NCBI GenBank assembly: GCA_963699985.1
Contig: CAVOVZ010000028.1
Location: 32,013 to 96,012 of the forward strand
Source: Terriglobia bacterium
GTDB taxonomy: Bacteria; Acidobacteriota; Polarisedimenticolia; Polarisedimenticolales; CAVOVZ01
Direction: 5' to 3'
Length of the DNA stretch: 64,000 nt
Every line of letters starts with the position of its first letter. Within the stretch, counting starts at the first letter, position 1. Positions 59,449 to 64,000 of the stretch are shown here, piece after piece. Below the pieces are notes generated by a model that was not told where the DNA came from, did not search any database, and saw only the letters and a list, made by a program, of their open reading frames with translations. The translations under genes were made by a program, and so were the position numbers.

Positions 59449-62220
59449 TTACGAGCAGCCGCTGGTTGCGCCGCAGTTCACGCAGACGTAGCAGGCGCCG
59501 TTGCGCACCATGATCTCCCCGCACTCGTGGCACGGGGGAGCATCCGCCTGCGCGATGAAGACCGCTCGTTCCCGGGCGCTCAGGTTGTCCGAGGCAGCGG
59601 CCTCGCGCTCGATCTCCGAACCGTTCGCTGCGGAGGTCGCCGGCTCGGGCTGGTCTTCCTTGGGGAGGAACTGGATCGCCATCCATCGGAACACGTAGTC
59701 CACGATGGATTTCGCCATGGGGATCTGCGGGTTCGAGGTGAACCCGGACGGCTCGAAACGCGCGTGGGAGAACTTGTCCACGAGGAACCGCAGCTCGACG
59801 CCGTGCTGGAGCGCGAACGAGATCGCGGTGGCGAACGCGTCGGCGAAGCCGGCGAGGGTGGAGCCGGCCTTGCCCAGGGTGATGAAGATCTCTCCGGGCT
59901 TGCCGTCCTCGAAGAGACCGACCGTGGCGTAGCCCTCGAATCCGGCCACCGAGAACTTGTGAGTGATCGAGTGCCGGGTATCGGGCAGCTTCCTCCGTCG
60001 AAGCTGCGGAGCCGGCGAAGCTGCCGCGACCGCCTGGGTCCTCGTCTCCTTGCCCGTGGACATCGGCTGCGTCCGCTTGCAGCCGTCGCGATAGATGGCG
60101 ATCGATTTCAGCCCGAGGCGCCAGGCCTCGAGGTACGTCCGCTCGATCTCGTCCACGGTGGCGGTCGCGGGCATGTTCACCGTCTTCGAGATGGCGCCGG
60201 AGAGGAACGGCTGAACGGCCGCCATCATCTTCGCGTGCCCCATGTAGTGGATCGAGCGCGAGCCGTTCGCCGGCTGGAACGCGCAGTCGAACACGGGAAG
60301 GTGATCCCCGTTCAGGTCGGACGCTCCTTCGATGGTGTCGTGGTCGTTCACGTAGTCCACGATCCGCTGGATCTGCGTCGTGCGAGTAGCCGAGCTTCTT
60401 GAGGGCCGAGCGGGACGGTGTTGTTCACGATCTTGAAGACGCCGCCCCCGACGAGCTTCTTGTACTTCACCAGGGCCAGATCGGGCTCGATTCCCGTGGT
60501 GTCGCAGTCCATCATGAACGCGATGGTCCCCGTGGGCGCCAGCACGGTCGTCTGGGCGTTGCGGTAGCCGTACTCGGTTCCGAGCGTGACCGCGTCCGCC
60601 CATGCGCCCCGGGCGGCCGAGAGCAGATCGGTGGGGACCAGCTTGGGATCGATCCCGTCGGCGTGGGACTGGTGCTTGCGCATCACCTGGAGAAACGGCT
60701 CGCGGTTCCTCTCGAAGCCCGGGAACGCCCCCGTCTGCGCCGCGATCCGTGCGGAGTGGGCGTAGGACTGCCCGCACATCAGGGCGGTGATCGACGCGGC
60801 GTACGCGCGTCCCGCATCCGAGTCGTACGGGAGGCCTCGGGACATCAGAAGCGCCCCGAGGTTCGCGTAGCCGAGCCCCAGCGGCCGGTAGTCGTGGGAG
60901 TTCCGGGCGATGGCCGCGGTTGGGTACGACGCGTTGTCCACCCAGATCTCCATGGCGGTGATCGTCACCTCGACGGCGTGCTTGAACGCCTCCACGTCGA
61001 ATTCGCCGTCCGGACGGCGGAAGCGCATGAGGTTCAGCGATGCCAGGTTGCACGCGCTGTCGTCGAGGAACATGTACTCCGAGCAGGGATTCGACGCGTT
61101 GATGCGGGCCGTGCTCGGGCAGGTGTGCCACGCGTTGATCGTGGTGTCGAACTGGATCCCCGGATCGCCGCAGATCCAGGCGGCTTCCGCCATCCTTCGC
61201 ATCAGGTCGCGGGCCCGGTAGGTGCCCATGGGCTTCCCGTTGGTGACGGCGCGGGTGATCCACTCGCCGTCGGCGAGCACCGCGCGCATGAACTCGTCGG
61301 TGACTCGCACGGAGTGGTTCGCGTTCTGGAAGAAAACCGAGTCGTAGGCACCGCCGTGGACGTTGAACTCGCCGGAGTACCCCGCGTCGATGAGGGCCCA
61401 GGCCTTCTTCTCTTCCTCGGCTTGCGAGCCGATGAAGTCCTCGATGTCGGGGTGGTCGGCGTTCAGGATCACCATCTTCGCGGCGCGGCGCGTCTTGCCG
61501 CCGGACTTGATCACCCCGGCGAACGCGTCGTACCCCTTCATGAAGGACACGGGGCCGGACGCCGTCCCGCCTCCGGCCAGCGGCTCCCGGCTGGAACGGA
61601 TCGTGGAGAGGTTCGAGCCGGTCCCGGAGCCGAACTTGAACAGCATCCCCTCGATCTTGGCCAGGTCGAGAATCGACTGCATCGTGTCCTGGACCGAGTT
61701 GATGAAGCAGGCGGAGACCTGCGGGTGCTCCTCGACGCCGCAGTTGAACCAGACCGGAGAGTTGAACGAGACCATCTGGTGGAGGAGCAGGTGGGTGAGC
61801 TCCGCCTCGAAGCTGTCGGCGTCCGATTCGGTGGCGAAGTAGCCGCCCTCGCGCCCCCACCGGCCCGCCGCCTTGACCACGCGCTCGATCAGCATGCCTC
61901 ACGCTCGACTCGCGCTCCGGAGTCCCGAGCGTGCCGCGGAAGTACTTCTGCGCGACCACGTTCGTGGCGAGCTGGGACCAGAATTTCGGGACCTCCACGT
62001 TGCGCTGCTCGAAGGTCACCTCGGAACGCTCGTTGACGATGACCGCGTCGCGGAATTCCCACTCCACCTCGTCGTACGGGTGGACGCCGGGCCGCGTGAA
62101 GCGACGCTGGACTCGAAGTCCATCCTTGGGGTTCGCCCTGTGCTCGATGGAGCCGGAAAGCGGGTCGACACCGCCGGCATCGGTTCGATCATTCGACGGG
62201 CGCGGCTCGGGTCGGAACAT
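59449..62220 (-). pseudogene. nrdJ: Class II (adenosylcobalamin-dependent) ribonucleotide reductase. Frame changes near ~61893, ~60395 and ~60360.
   Basis: GGAGGA precedes the ATG at 62220. N-terminal frame ..VEWEFRDAVIVNERSEVTFEQRNVEVPKFWSQLATNVVAQKYFRG..ERESSVR. The 60348..61895 frame reads MLIERVV..NSPVWFNCG..SACFINSV..GSGTGSNLS..ASNPCSEYMFLDDSACNLASLNL..VLAPTGTIAFMMDCDTTGIEP..VFKIVNNTVP. Hand translation then shows ALKKLGYSHD in a second frame and QIQRIVDYVNDHDTIEG..SKTVNMP..IAIYRDGCK..C-terminal Cys cluster CHECGEIMVRNGACYVCVNCG in a third. Confidence 0.85.
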
Positions 62221-62386
62221 CTCGGAGGTCCTCCAGAAGGAATTCCCCTGCGGGGAACAGGGAAGCTCGAGACTCGTCGGAATCCAGCGGTCCCGGCCTC
62301 CCCGGCACCGCTGCACCCCCCCGCGGAAAGCGGGAGATAGATACCAGCGCGGTCGGACGATGTCAAGGGTCGAAACCAGAGCTCAA

Positions 62387-62434
62387 ACACAAAATATAGG
62401 AGTCGGAATCTCCCGTCACCACGATATATAGTGG
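62387..62434 (-). promoter_or_regulatory. Tandem NrdR boxes upstream of nrdJ
   Basis: ACACAAAATATAGGAG (62387-62402) and CCACGATATATAGTGG (62419-62434) have starts 32 bp apart. The second is a near-perfect palindrome matching the NrdR-box core CAC-ATATAT-GTG. This is an AT-rich island in GC-rich DNA. Confidence 0.6.
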
Positions 62435-62504
62435 TACACGTCGACCCGGACATCAACCGATGGAAGCCTCACATCCGCCGTGACTTACGAGCTTGGTTTA
62501 CGGG

Positions 62505-62760
62505 GCTGCGCCCCGACACCTCCGGAGGAAACAGCCCAACCGGAGCGATGCCGGTCCGCCGGCGTCGCGGAGGGCGGGAGTGGGGGTTCGGGGGCAAAGC
62601 CCCTGAGCATCTGTTTCTTGGGAGCGGCCGCACACGGGGCGGGCGCCCCGACACCTCCGGAGGAAACAGCCCAACCGGAGCGATGCCGGTCCGCCGGCGT
62701 CGCGGAGGGCGGGAGTCTGGGGTTCGGGGCAAAGCCCCCGAGCATCTGTATTCTTAAGAG
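62505..62760 (-). repeat. Repeat family A: two tandem units, inverted relative to 21613..21985
   Basis: ccccgacacctccggaggaaacagcccaaccggagcgatgccggtccgccggcgtcgcggagggcgggagt.ggggttcgggg.caaagccc occurs twice and is the reverse complement of the 21.6-kb unit. Confidence 0.9.
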
Positions 62761-62791
62761 TGGCAAGGTCCGGCGACGGACCCGGGGGGCT

Positions 62792-63154
62792 TCAGGGCTT
62801 GCTCCAGCTTTTGTAGTACTCGAGCCACTCCGGACCCGGGTCGACGAAGCGAATGCCCATCCCGCAGTCGAGCACGTGCGCCAGCGCCGGCGGCACCTGC
62901 TTGGCCCAGACGACCCGGGCCCAGAAATTGAACGTGCGGTCCGGGAAGCGCATCTGAACCTGCATCGTCGTTCCCGGCTTGAGGATCATGTTCGTCTGGA
63001 GGAACAGCCCGCTTTCGGAGACGTTCTTGGTGAACGCGGTCCGATCCGCAGCCGCGACCCCGTACCGCACCATCACGCGCTTGCGCGCTCGGATGATACG
63101 GCGCTTGCCGAGCGTGCTCGACGGTGCCGGAGGATCGGTCGAGTCTTTCTTCAT
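62792..63154 (-). CDS. PilZ domain protein (c-di-GMP-binding type)
   Basis: MKKDSTDPPAPSSTLGKRRIIRARKRVMVRYG..AFTKNVSESGLFLQTN..RVVWAK..GMGIRF shows the RxxxR and D/NxSxxG PilZ motifs. Confidence 0.7.
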   Translation of the reverse strand: MKKDSTDPPAPSSTLGKRRIIRARKRVMVRYGVAAADRTAFTKNVSESGLFLQTNMILKPGTTMQVQMRFPDRTFNFWARVVWAKQVPPALAHVLDCGMGIRFVDPGPEWLEYYKSWSKP

Positions 63155-63382
63155 CGGGGCTCCGTCGGGGTGAACGGCCGCAATCGTGCAGGAACTCGCG
63201 GTTCGCGCAAGGTCGCGGGTACCACGGGGTGTGCGACAGGAAGGTGAGGAGACGATGCTGCGAATCGGGGACAGCAACCGAAACTCGCACCGCGCCCCGT
63301 GGGTTGAATGAAAGATCAGTTCTGTCGCCGTTACGAACCCGGGAGCAGCTCGCGCGGATCGGCGCGCATCGCGTTGAAGAAT

Positions 63383-63436
63383 GGAAAAATAGGTCCGTCC
63401 CCTTTACGTTGGGAAAATAGGTCTGTCCCCTTTACG
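63383..63436. repeat. Two tandem 26-nt direct repeats (28-nt period) overlapping the queG stop codon
   Basis: ggaaaaataggtccgtcccctttacg (63383-63408) and gggaaaataggtctgtcccctttacg (63411-63436). They are relatively AT-rich and lie between queG and the PilZ gene. Confidence 0.7.
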
Positions 63437-64000
63437 GGAGGGCGTGGTCGATCTCTGTGAGAACGTCTCGGATGGGCTCGTGACCGGCTGCGTCGCGGAG
63501 CACCTGGATCGCTCGAGCGTCCCCGATCTGCCCTAGCGCCCAGGCCGCTTGACCGCGCACCGTCGGGTCCGGATCCGAAAGCGCCGCGGCGAGTGCGGGC
63601 ACGGCCCGCGCATCCCGGCGGTTTCCGAGGACGATGCAGGCGTTGCGACGCATCCCGTCCCGGCGCGCGCGCATGATCGCGGTCCCCGAGAAGCGTTTGC
63701 GGAACGACGCCTCGTCCAGCCCTAGCACCTCCACGGGATCCAGGCCGCGAAGATCGTCCCGCGCGCCGAACGGGTCGCCGTCCGGCGAACGGGCGAAGCT
63801 CTCGTTCCAGGGGCAGACGGTCTGACACTCGTCGCAGCCGAAGATCCAGTCGCCGTTGCCGACGCGTCGCTCCGCCGGCACCGGGCCGCGGTGCTCGATC
63901 GTCCAGTACGAGATGCAGCGACTCGAGTCCACGACGCCGGGCGCCACGATCGCGGACGTCGGGCACGACTGGATGCAGAGCGCGCAGCTCCCACAGTGAT
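63432..64000 (-). CDS. queG: Epoxyqueuosine reductase, C-terminal part (5' end off-window)
   Basis: ..SRCISYWTIEHRGPVP..GDWIFGCDECQTVCPWN (4Fe-4S region), followed by the HEAT-like tail AVPALAAALSDPDPTVRGQAAWALGQIGDARAI. The frame stays open to the window edge (..CALCIQSCPTSAIVAPGVV). Confidence 0.85.
   Translation of the reverse strand, partial: HCGSCALCIQSCPTSAIVAPGVVDSSRCISYWTIEHRGPVPAERRVGNGDWIFGCDECQTVCPWNESFARSPDGDPFGARDDLRGLDPVEVLGLDEASFRKRFSGTAIMRARRDGMRRNACIVLGNRRDARAVPALAAALSDPDPTVRGQAAWALGQIGDARAIQVLRDAAGHEPIRDVLTEIDHALP

Noticed and set aside
62221-62480. Cobalamin riboswitch or other riboswitch in the nrdJ leader
   Set aside because: No B12-box-like core was recognisable by eye. 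The leader is explained by NrdR boxes, and B12 riboswitches usually control B12-independent RNRs rather than nrdJ. An Rfam scan would be the decisive check.

Overview
GC-rich bacterial segment (about two-thirds G+C by eye, not computed). All domain calls come from reading motifs in the ORF track plus some hand translation; no homology search was run. Cysteine-rich CGNGxxDxGEECD repeats, MopE-like CDGxDNDCD motifs, several Ser/Thr kinases and a sigma-54 activator suggest a Myxococcota-like or similar environmental lineage, but this is inference only.

The window falls into three blocks.

(i) 1-19 kb is a dense island of conflict or programmed-cell-death-type signalling genes, built from paralogous parts. 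It holds three TIR/DUF4062 + P-loop (STAND/AAA_35-like) NTPases; two of these are transmembrane proteins ending in an FGE-sulfatase/lectin-fold domain and are arranged convergently. It also holds two DUF4071 (TRAF-binding-like TPR) proteins, one fused to a trypsin-like protease and one to a PP2C/SpoIIE phosphatase. There are two RyR-domain proteins and two secreted double-repeat proteins that share an identical ~60-nt leader. A ~480-bp polypyrimidine tract is also present.

(ii) 19.8-48.8 kb is a secretome block. It contains a YpfJ-like metallopeptidase, an AraC regulator, and a 3,292-aa subtilisin (S8) protein with cysteine-rich repeats and a C-terminal module containing a beta-pore-former-like amphipathic hairpin. 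Two ~1,900-aa FG-GAP/EGF-like/TSP3 adhesin-like paralogs lie inside a ~6.9-kb direct segmental duplication. The two copies differ by a cassette swap (7-blade VCBS propeller versus six extra 165-nt Cys-rich repeats). The duplication also carries a candidate sigma-54 promoter and a GAF/sigma-54 activator gene, which is intact in one copy and truncated in the other.

(iii) 48.8-64 kb is mostly housekeeping. It contains a decayed Ser/Thr kinase-PD40 propeller gene, a lipoprotein, a transglutaminase-like membrane protein, an oxidoreductase preceded by a 46-aa lasso-peptide-like ORF, mtgA, a second kinase, class II RNR nrdJ with NrdR boxes, a PilZ gene and a partial queG.

Two families of ~120-bp structured palindromic repeats are interspersed through the window.

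The most striking global observation is about 19 reading-frame breaks confined to about 9 genes, while about 37 kb of other coding sequence, including three giant genes, is uninterrupted. No rRNA, tRNA or CRISPR array was seen.
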